A DNA stretch of 32,788 nt from Nanobdellota archaeon (GTDB lineage: Archaea > Nanobdellota > Nanobdellia > SCGC-AAA011-G17 > GW2011-AR17). Under the pieces are notes generated by a model. It was not told the DNA's origin, searched no databases, and saw only the letters and a program-made list of their open reading frames with translations. Both the position numbers and the translations under genes were made by a program. The stretch spans positions 1-32,788 of the forward strand of contig JASEIA010000003.1 in NCBI GenBank assembly GCA_030018575.1, in the 5' to 3' direction. Below, piece after piece: positions 17,169 to 25,431 of the stretch. Each line of letters starts with the position of its first letter. Within the stretch, counting starts at the first letter, position 1.

Positions 17169-18929
17169 ATGGGGAAGCTCAAGCTGCCCATCAGGGTATG
17201 GATACTGATTGCATTCCTTCTGTTGTCATTGCTTGCAATAAAGCCCTCGCCTTATGCTTCCGGAGTTCAGATAAAAAGCGTGGAGCCGGGAAGCGAGGCA
17301 GCCATGGAGGGAATTGCGACAGGGCAGATTGTGAAGACAGTGAATGAGCGGCAAATAGCCACAATCACTGATTTCAAGAACGCAATGGCCTTGCTTGAGA
17401 ACCAGCCCCTTCTTTTTTCATCTGAAGTAAAAAGAAAAGACAAAATCACTGTTGTTGAATATAATGTAACAAACAGCTTCGGATTCAGCGCTGACGAGAA
17501 TAATACAATAATCTCTTCAGAGACATTTTCCAAATTGCAGCAGGGAGACATAATCCTCTCTGTTAATGATATTGAAGTTGAAAACAAGACATCGCTTGAT
17601 GAAGCGCTTAATAAGATACTGCCTCAGAAAGTGATAAAGATAACAACTGACAAGGCAAACGCGGCTTTCCTTGCAAGAGGCGCGCCAAAAATAACAGTGG
17701 GAGTTGCTGCAAAAAGCAACCTTAAGAAAGGGCTTGACCTGGAAGGCGGGACAAGGGTTTTGCTAAAGCCGATATCTGCAAACGGGACTGTTTCTGACAA
17801 GGATATTTCAGACCTGATAAGCGTCCTTGGGAACAGGCTTAATGTTTACGGATTAACTGACATGAGAATAAGGAGCGCCGCTGACTGGGCGGGAGAGACA
17901 TTCATACTTATTGAGATTGCAGGCGTTTCAAAAGAGGAAGTAAGCGAGCTTATTGCAAAGCAGGGAAGGTTTGAGGCAAGGATTGGAAACGAAACTGTCT
18001 TTGAGGGTGGAAAGAAGGATATTACTTATGTGTGCAGGAATGATGGGAGTTGCTCTGGAGTAATTCAATGCCAAACTTTTAGCGGAGGAGAATCTTGCAC
18101 ATTCCAGTTTAGCATTCATTTAAGCCCTGAAGCTGCAAAAAAACACGCCGACATAACAAATAAGCTTGACATTGTGCAGTTTGAAGATAACATAAAAGAA
18201 TACTTAAATGAATCACTTGATCTTTATCTTGATAATAAATTGGTAGATAGCCTGCAGATTAGCGCTGACTTGAAGGGAAGCGAGACAACAGCAATTGCGA
18301 TTTCAGGTCCTGGAACCGGCTCTGACAGGAATGCAGCCATTGACAATGCAGCTGCAAACATGAACAAGCTGCAGACAATACTTATCACAGGCTCTTTGCC
18401 TTTTGATTTGGAGATAGTCAAGCTTGACACAATATCCCCTGTGTTGGGAAAGGACTTTACAAGAAATGCAGTGCAGGTCATATTAATAGCATTATTGGGC
18501 ATTGCGCTTGTCATATTCATAAGATACCGCTCTTTCAGGATATTAATACCCCTGATTGTGACTGTTGCAAGCGAAATAATCATCATTTTGGGTTTTGCGG
18601 CGTTAATCCAATGGAATCTTGACATGGCTGCAATTGCGGGAATTATAGCCACTGTCGGAACAGGTGTTGACGCACAGATTGTCATTATAGATGAGGTTAT
18701 GAAAGGAAAGAAAGACTTGTATACAAATTGGAAGGCGAGAATGAAACGGGCTTTCTTCATAATATTCGTGTCTTATGCAGTTGGAGTTGTTGCAATGATT
18801 CCCCTGTGGAATGCAGGCGCCGGATTGGTAAGGGGCTTTGCATTGACAACAATAATCGGAATGACAATCGGCGTGTTCATAACAAGGCCCGCGTTTGCGG
18901 CAATTGCTGAGAAATTAATTAAGGATTAA
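17169..18929 (+). CDS. secD: Protein translocase subunit SecD with a PDZ-like insert
   Basis: GLDLEGG, RLN.YGL, GSLP, ISPVLG, GTGVDAQIVI and RGFALTT motifs. Confidence 0.93.
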   Translation: MGKLKLPIRVWILIAFLLLSLLAIKPSPYASGVQIKSVEPGSEAAMEGIATGQIVKTVNERQIATITDFKNAMALLENQPLLFSSEVKRKDKITVVEYNVTNSFGFSADENNTIISSETFSKLQQGDIILSVNDIEVENKTSLDEALNKILPQKVIKITTDKANAAFLARGAPKITVGVAAKSNLKKGLDLEGGTRVLLKPISANGTVSDKDISDLISVLGNRLNVYGLTDMRIRSAADWAGETFILIEIAGVSKEEVSELIAKQGRFEARIGNETVFEGGKKDITYVCRNDGSCSGVIQCQTFSGGESCTFQFSIHLSPEAAKKHADITNKLDIVQFEDNIKEYLNESLDLYLDNKLVDSLQISADLKGSETTAIAISGPGTGSDRNAAIDNAAANMNKLQTILITGSLPFDLEIVKLDTISPVLGKDFTRNAVQVILIALLGIALVIFIRYRSFRILIPLIVTVASEIIIILGFAALIQWNLDMAAIAGIIATVGTGVDAQIVIIDEVMKGKKDLYTNWKARMKRAFFIIFVSYAVGVVAMIPLWNAGAGLVRGFALTTIIGMTIGVFITRPAFAAIAEKLIKD

Positions 18930-19009
18930 GGCACGTATTTTAGTGTGTGTTCTTTTACATATTCTATAAATCCAAAGTCCTTGACATAATTGGCAAACTC
19001 CTGCCTGAA
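18926..19009 (-). pseudogene. 27-codon C-terminal remnant of an Lrp/AsnC-like regulator
   Basis: FRQEFANYVKDFGFIEYVKEHTLKYVP* aligns with FRNKFSDYVKGFEFLEYVKEHTMKYLP* ending at 20508; no start codon; stop overlaps the secD stop. Confidence 0.8.
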
Positions 19010-19014
19010 CTATC

Positions 19015-20391
19015 CTAAATAAGCGCAAGGAACACAGCAGCGGGCATTATCACTGCCTTGCCGTTATGCATTGTTGTTTTGGAAAGTATAAGCGGCGCCT
19101 TGAATATATTATAATGCGAGAAATCACTCTCACTGACTTTTTCCTGCCATTTTACTTCTACTGCCTGAAACCGCTTTCCCTTCCTGACAACAAAATCCAC
19201 TTCCCCTTTCCTGTCGCGGTAGTACCATACGCTTTCAAGGAGGCGGTTTGCCTTGCGCTTGAGGTGCTCAAGAACTATGCCTTCTATTGCAAATGGCTTG
19301 TTCAGCTCATTAATGCAGCATTCGTGCTTGCCATTCACATATCCGGAAAATGCGCTGAACAGGAATGTGTCCAAAAAATAAAATTTTTTCTGTTTCCTGA
19401 ACACAGGGGCCTTCTTGTTTAGGTCTATCTTATGGACAAAATTAAGCAGCATAAGAGACTCCAGCAGCTCAAGGTATTCCGCCACTGTCTTATGCGAGCC
19501 TATGCTTGTTGCTTTTGCAATGGAATGGAAGGCCAGCTCCGCGCCATACTTGCTCGCCAAAACAGAAATTATTTCCCTGAAAATATGCTCTGATTTTTCC
19601 AGCTTGCTTAAATCCCCAAGTATCCAGTTTACATAATCCTCATATAATTCCTCCGTTATCGCTCCTGTTTCATTAAACTGGTAACCGGACGATAAAAATC
19701 CGCCGGATATAAGGTAATTGTCCATATGGCGGTTTAGCTCGCCCAAAAATGGGATAATATACGCCGCCTTTTGCAGCAGGGCATCAGAAAATGCCTCTTC
19801 CATGGAAAGCGGATTTAAAGCTGCAAGCTCTTTTTTCAAATCTCCGCTCCCAAACAGCCTTACATAATCAGAAAATGAAAGCGGCAAATAGAACATGGTC
19901 TTAACGCCCCTCCCTGGAAATCGTTCTGTTCCATGCTTGAGGTCGCTTGCCACAGAGCCGGTGAAAACAAGCAGGGTGCAGAGCGAACTGTCGGCGAGGT
20001 ACTTTATTGCCCTGAACCATTCCTTTACAAAAGTTATTTCATCAAAAATCACATAGTTCTCCTTTATGTTAAATCGCAGGAGCCACTCCTTATGAAGTTC
20101 TGCCGCCTTTACTATCTCGTTGAAATCTGCCAGCACATCGCATGGGAGATACAGGAACTGCCTTGCATCAGCGCCGTGTTTAAAAACTGATTCCCATATT
20201 AACAGCTTTAAGGCTGTTGTCTTTCCAACCTGCCTTGGGCCCCTTATGGAGCATATGCCCTTTTTCTCGCCGACAAGGGAAGGGATATAAGCTGCTTTTT
20301 TCCCAAGGGCAATGCTGACTTTTCTGTCATGCAGCAGCTCTTCTCTGCTTTTCCACCAAGGGTTATGCTTTGCGAGAAACTCAAATTCCAT
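19015..20391 (-). CDS. AAA+ ATPase (AAA_14) with DUF4143 and a C-terminal PD-(D/E)XK-like region, copy 1
   Basis: NPWW, GPRQVGKT, FDEI, TGS, ERFPGR, KFYFLD and EVDF...VEVK motifs. Confidence 0.9.
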   Translation of the reverse strand: MEFEFLAKHNPWWKSREELLHDRKVSIALGKKAAYIPSLVGEKKGICSIRGPRQVGKTTALKLLIWESVFKHGADARQFLYLPCDVLADFNEIVKAAELHKEWLLRFNIKENYVIFDEITFVKEWFRAIKYLADSSLCTLLVFTGSVASDLKHGTERFPGRGVKTMFYLPLSFSDYVRLFGSGDLKKELAALNPLSMEEAFSDALLQKAAYIIPFLGELNRHMDNYLISGGFLSSGYQFNETGAITEELYEDYVNWILGDLSKLEKSEHIFREIISVLASKYGAELAFHSIAKATSIGSHKTVAEYLELLESLMLLNFVHKIDLNKKAPVFRKQKKFYFLDTFLFSAFSGYVNGKHECCINELNKPFAIEGIVLEHLKRKANRLLESVWYYRDRKGEVDFVVRKGKRFQAVEVKWQEKVSESDFSHYNIFKAPLILSKTTMHNGKAVIMPAAVFLALI

Positions 20392-20445
20392 ATTGGTAGT
20401 CAAGTATCAAGACTATATAAATGTTTTGGTAGTCAAGTATCAAAA
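20391..20445 (-). promoter_or_regulatory. Promoter with two operator-like sites flanking the TATA box
   Basis: Exact 18-bp repeat TTGGTAGTCAAGTATCAA at 20393-20410 and 20426-20443 around TTTATATA (minus strand, 20421-20414). Confidence 0.75.
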
Positions 20446-20507
20446 TAATAAGCAGTTTTGGCAGTTAATTGCCCAAACTGGAAGAGGCGCTTCGCTGCTA
20501 TTGCTTC

Positions 20508-20816
20508 TTAAGGCAAATACTTCATCGTGTGCTCTTTCACATACTCTAAGAACTCAAAGCCCTTCACGTAATCTGAGAATTTATTTCTGAATTCCTCGAT
20601 TAATGCATAAAGCTCTTCTGTATCTTTTATATATAACTCAATTTCAAGGTCAGCTCCGCCTATTGTCTCGTCAAGATAGGCAATAGCGGGCTTTGCCTGC
20701 ATAAAAGCCTTTATCTGCTGCAGGATATCTTTTGAAATGTTTCTCAGGAAGAAGTAAATCTTGTAGTATTTGCAGCCGAGAACATTTATATCCAAAGCAG
20801 GCCTGAAGCCGAGGAT
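20508..20816 (-). pseudogene. 5'-truncated Lrp/AsnC-like regulator (C-terminal RAM-like domain only)
   Basis: ILGFRPALDINVLGCKYYKI...IGGADLEIEL; no HTH; in-frame TAG shortly upstream and no ATG. Confidence 0.7.
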
Positions 20817-20942
20817 GTATGTATTAAAATGGAAGAGCTAACAAACTATCTGGAACAATCAAACGAAACTGAAACGCTTGCTGAAGAGCAAAGAAAGCAG
20901 AAGCTTAGGGCGCACATTGCTTGCCGGGGAATGCAGCGGCCT

Positions 20943-22250
20943 TCACAGCAGCAAAAACACGCTTGCAGGAACAATAGCCATGTTTTCCTTCTCAATGAAC
21001 TCAAAGCTGTCTTTTGAAAGGAGGATTTTATTTTTAAGCTCAACAGCGGAAAAATCGCTTTTTTTAACCTTGTTCTGCCACTTCAGCTCAATGCCTGTAT
21101 CTTCCACATAGAAATCAACTTCTTTTTTCTGGTAATAATAGCAAACCCTGCCGAATTTTCTGGCAAGATGCTCTGCCACAATGCCTTCTATCAGCCGCGG
21201 GACTTCCTCTTCCCTTATCCTTGTTTTTGTAAGCTCCCTCTTGAAAACATGGAAGAGAAAAGGGTCTATAAAGTAAGCTTTTCTCATCCTTGCAAATGCC
21301 TCCACCCCCTTCTTTAAATCAATCGGGAACATGTTTCGCAAAACAAAAAGGTTTTCGAGGATTTCCAGATACTCCCTTATTGTTACATGGGAGCCTATCT
21401 CCATTTCCTTGGCAATTGAGTTAAGGGAGAACCTTGTGCCATAATTTTTCAGCACTCCCAGCAATGTTGATGAAGCTATTCTCTCGCTTCTCTCTGCTTT
21501 GGCTATGTCTGCAACAAGCCACTTCCAGTATATATCATAGGTTTCGTCCCTTATCTTTCCGTCTTCCATAAGCTCATACATGCTTCTTGGAAACCCGCCG
21601 CATATTGTGTAAGAGCTGAACAGCCTGTCTATTTCGCTGAAATAAAAAAGGAGCTTTTTTGCCGCTCTGTTCACTTCTGCGGCATTCAGGGAGGAAATTT
21701 CTGCGGCAAGCTCGCGTTTAAGGCTCTCGCTTCCGAACACCATGCAGAAATCCTTGAACGACAACGGCATGAAATGCACTGTTTTAATCCTTCTGCCCGG
21801 AAATGTTTCTTTTTTAAGCTCAATTGAAGAAGAGCCGGTGATGTGTATTATCTTGTTTCTTGACATGGGGGAATCCAGAATAAACTTTATAGCCCTCTGC
21901 CAATCGTCAACAAAGGTTATTTCATCAAAAAAAAGGTATTTTTTCCCTGCCGCCAGCGCATCTGAAATTCTTACAATCTCAACAATGTCATTGAAATCCT
22001 TCAGCACGTCACAAGAGAAATAAAGCGCCTGTTTCGGATTAACGCCTTTTTCAATGAGGTTTTTTATGTAAAGCTTTATGAAGGTGGTTTTCCCAACCTG
22101 CCTTGGGCCAGTAATAAGCTGATTCTCTTCAGTGAATGAATATCCTATCTTATGCTTTCTTGCAATGCTCTCCTTTACTTTTTCATCTTCGCTTATTGCC
22201 GCCTTGTCTTCCCACCATGGGTTCTGCTCTGTGATTTGCCTTATTTCCAT
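20943..22250 (-). CDS. AAA+ ATPase (AAA_14) with DUF4143, copy 2
   Basis: QNPWW, GPRQVGKT, FDEI, TGSS, ETFPGR, GGFP, KAYFID and EVDF...IELKW motifs; start moved to ATG 22250. Confidence 0.9.
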   Translation of the reverse strand: MEIRQITEQNPWWEDKAAISEDEKVKESIARKHKIGYSFTEENQLITGPRQVGKTTFIKLYIKNLIEKGVNPKQALYFSCDVLKDFNDIVEIVRISDALAAGKKYLFFDEITFVDDWQRAIKFILDSPMSRNKIIHITGSSSIELKKETFPGRRIKTVHFMPLSFKDFCMVFGSESLKRELAAEISSLNAAEVNRAAKKLLFYFSEIDRLFSSYTICGGFPRSMYELMEDGKIRDETYDIYWKWLVADIAKAERSERIASSTLLGVLKNYGTRFSLNSIAKEMEIGSHVTIREYLEILENLFVLRNMFPIDLKKGVEAFARMRKAYFIDPFLFHVFKRELTKTRIREEEVPRLIEGIVAEHLARKFGRVCYYYQKKEVDFYVEDTGIELKWQNKVKKSDFSAVELKNKILLSKDSFEFIEKENMAIVPASVFLLL

Positions 22251-22335
22251 TATTGTTAATAGAATGTCAAAGTTTATAAGCTTTTTGATAGTTAATATCA
22301 GAAAAGTATCATTTTTTGACATTTAAATATCAAAA
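22251..22335 (-). promoter_or_regulatory. Promoter with three imperfect palindromes (TTTTGAYA-N5/6-TRTCAAAA)
   Basis: Sites at 22251-22272, 22283-22303 and 22314-22335; TATA-like CTTATAAA on the minus strand at 22280-22273. Confidence 0.68.
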
Positions 22336-22359
22336 AGCACGAACGGCAGGCTTTTCCGC

Positions 22360-22467
22360 CTATTTCCTTGCCCTTTTCCACAGAATCTCAAACTGCTTTC
22401 TGTAGCCGTCGGCAGCAGCCTTGTCTTTGATTAGCACGCCGTAGGGGCTTTTTTGTTTCTTTTCCAT
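22360..22467 (-). pseudogene. 35-aa internally deleted remnant ending in a TrmB-like regulator C-terminus
   Basis: MEKKQK joined in-frame to SPYGVLIKDKAAADGYRKQFEILWKRARK*; TATA-like TATTTAAG retained upstream. Confidence 0.55.
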
Positions 22468-22507
22468 TAATTGCCTTATTTTGAATAGGGAAAAGCTTAA
22501 ATACTAT

Positions 22508-22549
22508 TTGTCATATAATCTATAACAATTGATATAAAATGTATGACAA
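22508..22549 (+). promoter_or_regulatory. Two tandem 21-bp palindromic operator-like sites over the start of the HTH-MNT gene
   Basis: TTGTCATA-taatc-TATAACAA and TTGATATA-aaatg-TATGACAA downstream of TATA-like CTTAAATA. Confidence 0.65.
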
Positions 22550-23129
22550 TACTGAAATAAGGATTTTAGGACAAATTTATACAAAGCCATGCATCCACAA
22601 GAGAGAGCTCTCAAAGCAGCTTAAGCTAAGCATGCCTTCTGTGGATTATGCGCTAAAGAAGATAAGCAAGCTGCTTAAAACGCAGAAAGCAGGCAACCAG
22701 ATAAGGTATTTTATAGATTATTCAAAAGAGGAGCTTACGCCAATGCTTTATGCAGTGGAATATTCAAGGCTTGGGCAGCTTCCTGCAAAGGCAAGGATTG
22801 CAATAGCTGATTTTTTAAGGGAATTGGAGGATAAGCCCATTATTGCGCTCATATTCGGCTCGTATGCGAGAGGAGATTATACAAAAGAGTCGGATATAGA
22901 CCTACTTCTGGTATTCCAAAAGATTGGAAATGCAAAGGGCATAGAAAACACAGCCAACAAGATTAGCATGAGGACGAGCACAAAAATAAGCCCTGTTTAT
23001 CTTGATTATGCCTCATTTAAAGAATCTGTTCATAACTCCACTAAAGAGTTTTACAAAAACCTTAAGAAGGGGAAGATAATTCTAACGGGAATAGAATGGT
23101 GGAGGCAGATGGAGCATGAGGAAGCCTGA
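22539..23129 (+). CDS. wHTH plus minimal nucleotidyltransferase (MNT/MntA-like antitoxin)
   Basis: N-terminal HTH (RELSKQLKLSMPSV); FGSYARG...SDIDLL. Confidence 0.88.
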   Translation: MYDNTEIRILGQIYTKPCIHKRELSKQLKLSMPSVDYALKKISKLLKTQKAGNQIRYFIDYSKEELTPMLYAVEYSRLGQLPAKARIAIADFLRELEDKPIIALIFGSYARGDYTKESDIDLLLVFQKIGNAKGIENTANKISMRTSTKISPVYLDYASFKESVHNSTKEFYKNLKKGKIILTGIEWWRQMEHEEA

Positions 23130-23283
23130 CTGGCGGCTTTGGCTTAAGGACAAAAAGGAATGCAAGATTTGGATAGGCATTTATGAAAGAAAGAGCCTGC
23201 TCAGGAAGAGTGCAGATGAATCAAATCTGCATCTGAGTATGGCTTTCCTTTTAATGCTTTTATTTCCTCAGGCTTTATTATAG
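23116..23283 (+). pseudogene. 3'-truncated partner gene of the MNT, probably HEPN-type
   Basis: ATG overlaps the MNT end; after ~40 codons (~23237) it runs into antisense thrC sequence; HEPN inferred from context only. Confidence 0.5.
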
Positions 23284-23413
23284 GCATATTATCAGGCATA
23301 AAAAGGCCGTTGTCAGGCGCAATGCCCATGAAAAGCGCCTCTCTGAATGAAACCTTGTCCTTAAACCCTTCAAAATCCCTGTTTGTGCTGTAATAAAGCG
23401 TTTTATCAGGCAT
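23231..23413 (-). pseudogene. thrC: N-terminal fragment of threonine synthase
   Basis: YYSTNR...VSFREALFMGIAPDNGLFMP...PYS matches the ThrC N-terminal domain; only ~60 codons remain; promoter retained. Confidence 0.8.
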
Positions 23414-23464
23414 AAGCTGGATACAGCGGCAAGGCTTAAATAGTTTTCCGCCTTCTTTAATGCC

Positions 23465-24247
23465 ATGGCAGACCATTTGTTAAAGGCGGTATTTTTAGCG
23501 AAAGAGCTTCCAATTGTTAAAGTAAAAGATGTTTTAAAGTACAAGCTTGTTTCAGAGAAAAGGGACAGGGCTGTTTTTGAAATATCCCCCAAGAAATATG
23601 TTTTTGCATACTCGTTTGGCGCTTTGGCGTTCTTTGATGTTGATGATGTGATGATAAGCGCCACAATCAAGAATCTAAGAGGATTAAAGGTTGAGATATT
23701 AAAGGACAAGATATGGGATGAGTACAAAGTAATTGACCATGTCAAGAATTCCGTAGAGTTTAATCTTATAAGAATGAAGACAGCTGACCTTGAGCACATG
23801 AGCCTTGTTGCATTGGTTTTAGCACAGTCTGTTGCGCTTGAGTTCTATGAAAACCAGGTTGATGCAATGGTAACGCAGTTTTCGCCGCTGAACAAGCAGC
23901 TGAGCGAGAAAGGCAAGCTTGCTGCAAGGGACAAGCAGATATTGAAAGTGGTTGGAGGCAACAATACGGTCATTGAGGTAATAGTATCAAAGCTTTCCCT
24001 GCTTGAGGAGCCTGCTTCTGCCTGGGAAAACGAGGAAATGGAATGGCTCTTCAACAGGCTGCATTACATGTTTGAGATTGAGGAAAGGTTCAAGCATGTC
24101 CAGTATAAGCTTGGCTTTATCCAGAACAACTCAGAGCTAATGCTTGAGGTTCTGCGTGGAAGAAGGGATGCGATGCTTGAATGGATAATAATCGCGCTTA
24201 TTGCTTTTGAGATATTGATATTTGTTTATGAGATTTGGTTCAAGTGA
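23465..24247 (+). CDS. RMD1/YagE (DUF155) family protein
   Basis: YSFGALAFF, LAQSVALEFYE, EIEERF and LEWIIIALIAFEI motifs. Confidence 0.88.
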   Translation: MADHLLKAVFLAKELPIVKVKDVLKYKLVSEKRDRAVFEISPKKYVFAYSFGALAFFDVDDVMISATIKNLRGLKVEILKDKIWDEYKVIDHVKNSVEFNLIRMKTADLEHMSLVALVLAQSVALEFYENQVDAMVTQFSPLNKQLSEKGKLAARDKQILKVVGGNNTVIEVIVSKLSLLEEPASAWENEEMEWLFNRLHYMFEIEERFKHVQYKLGFIQNNSELMLEVLRGRRDAMLEWIIIALIAFEILIFVYEIWFK

Positions 24248-25393
24248 TTATTTCTTTCCGATTAAGCTGAGAATCCTGCTATATGCCTTTATTGGCAATG
24301 CAAACAAAAAGCTTCTCTTCAGGTCAATCGCGTCATACGGGCACATCTCGTGGCAGCAGTAGCATACAATGCACAGCTTTTTGTCGCAATAAGGCGCGTC
24401 TTTTTCATTTGTTTTTTTCATTGCCGTTACAGGGCACACTCGCACGCAGTTCCAGCATCTCTTGCATTTTTCAGGATTAGGATAAGGATAAGCCATTGCC
24501 TTCTTAAGGAAAAATCCTGATAGCCACGGAGGGATGCCTGAAGCTGCAGACGACGGCTTCCTGAATTTAAAGCGCGGCTCCTTGCCAATCACTTCTATTT
24601 CACTAGCAGATATAAGCTTTCTTTTCAAAGCAATTGCATTTGTCAGCACTTCTCCCTCAAACCCTATAATCCGTTCAGCAACAATGTCCATTGCAACTGC
24701 ATTGTCAGAAGCCATTATTATGCCTGGCTTTACAATATTGCCGTTTGTTGGGCCGTTGCCATCCATGCCTTGTATTCCATCCAGTATCGTTAGCGCGGGC
24801 TTTACATTCATCCAGATGTCAAGCAAAAGGCTTGCAAACTCCTCTTTCTTTTTTGCAATCGCATGATACTCCTGCTTTTTTCCGCCGAGTATGCAGCCAA
24901 ACAGGTTTTTTACACCGCCTGTGTAGAGCATTAAGGTATGGGTTTTCATTTTTGGGAGGCTTATTATTAAATCAGCATTAAACAAAATCTCAGGCAAATA
25001 CATCTCCTTTGCAAAGGCCGCTTTTGCATTGCTTACTTTCCTGAGCTTTTCATGGCTAAAGCTTATAAGTTTTGCATTGCGCTTTTTTGCTATTTGAGTA
25101 ATGCCTGCTTCTTCAAATGCCTGCAGAACACCGCCCTCCTTTACAATGCCGCAGCTTTCCCCGATGATTATCCTGCATTTCTTTTTTACAAGGATTGCGC
25201 ATACTGCATCAATCACTGCCGGATTCGTGGTAATTGCCTTTTCAGGCGAAGCGCCCATCAAAACATTCGGCTTGAGAAGGACTTTTGAGCAGGGCTTTAT
25301 TTCAAAGCCGATATCCTCAATTGCTTTTTCTACTGCTTTCAGAACCTCTTTTTCATCATAGGTTCTGCATTCAACAACTGACACCTTGCGCAT
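24248..25393 (-). CDS. DUF362 domain protein with C-terminal 2x[4Fe-4S] ferredoxin
   Basis: LLKPN, TTNP, PKMKTH, KNLFG, GNGP; two CxxCxxCxxxCP motifs. Confidence 0.92.
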   Translation of the reverse strand: MRKVSVVECRTYDEKEVLKAVEKAIEDIGFEIKPCSKVLLKPNVLMGASPEKAITTNPAVIDAVCAILVKKKCRIIIGESCGIVKEGGVLQAFEEAGITQIAKKRNAKLISFSHEKLRKVSNAKAAFAKEMYLPEILFNADLIISLPKMKTHTLMLYTGGVKNLFGCILGGKKQEYHAIAKKKEEFASLLLDIWMNVKPALTILDGIQGMDGNGPTNGNIVKPGIIMASDNAVAMDIVAERIIGFEGEVLTNAIALKRKLISASEIEVIGKEPRFKFRKPSSAASGIPPWLSGFFLKKAMAYPYPNPEKCKRCWNCVRVCPVTAMKKTNEKDAPYCDKKLCIVCYCCHEMCPYDAIDLKRSFLFALPIKAYSRILSLIGKK

Positions 25394-25431
25394 GGGTTAA
25401 AATTATCCCTTTTTGCTTAAATAGATTATGC

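Noticed and set aside
20829-21111. Short ORFs 20829-21017 (+), 20846-21043 (-) and 20878-21111 (+)
   Set aside because: They overlap the ATPase 3' end and have no recognisable motif; 20820-20940 may be another remnant but could not be assigned
23201-23476. 91-aa ORF as a complete gene
   Set aside because: Only its central ~60 codons are ThrC-like; the flanks are promoter DNA and antisense of the neighbouring remnant
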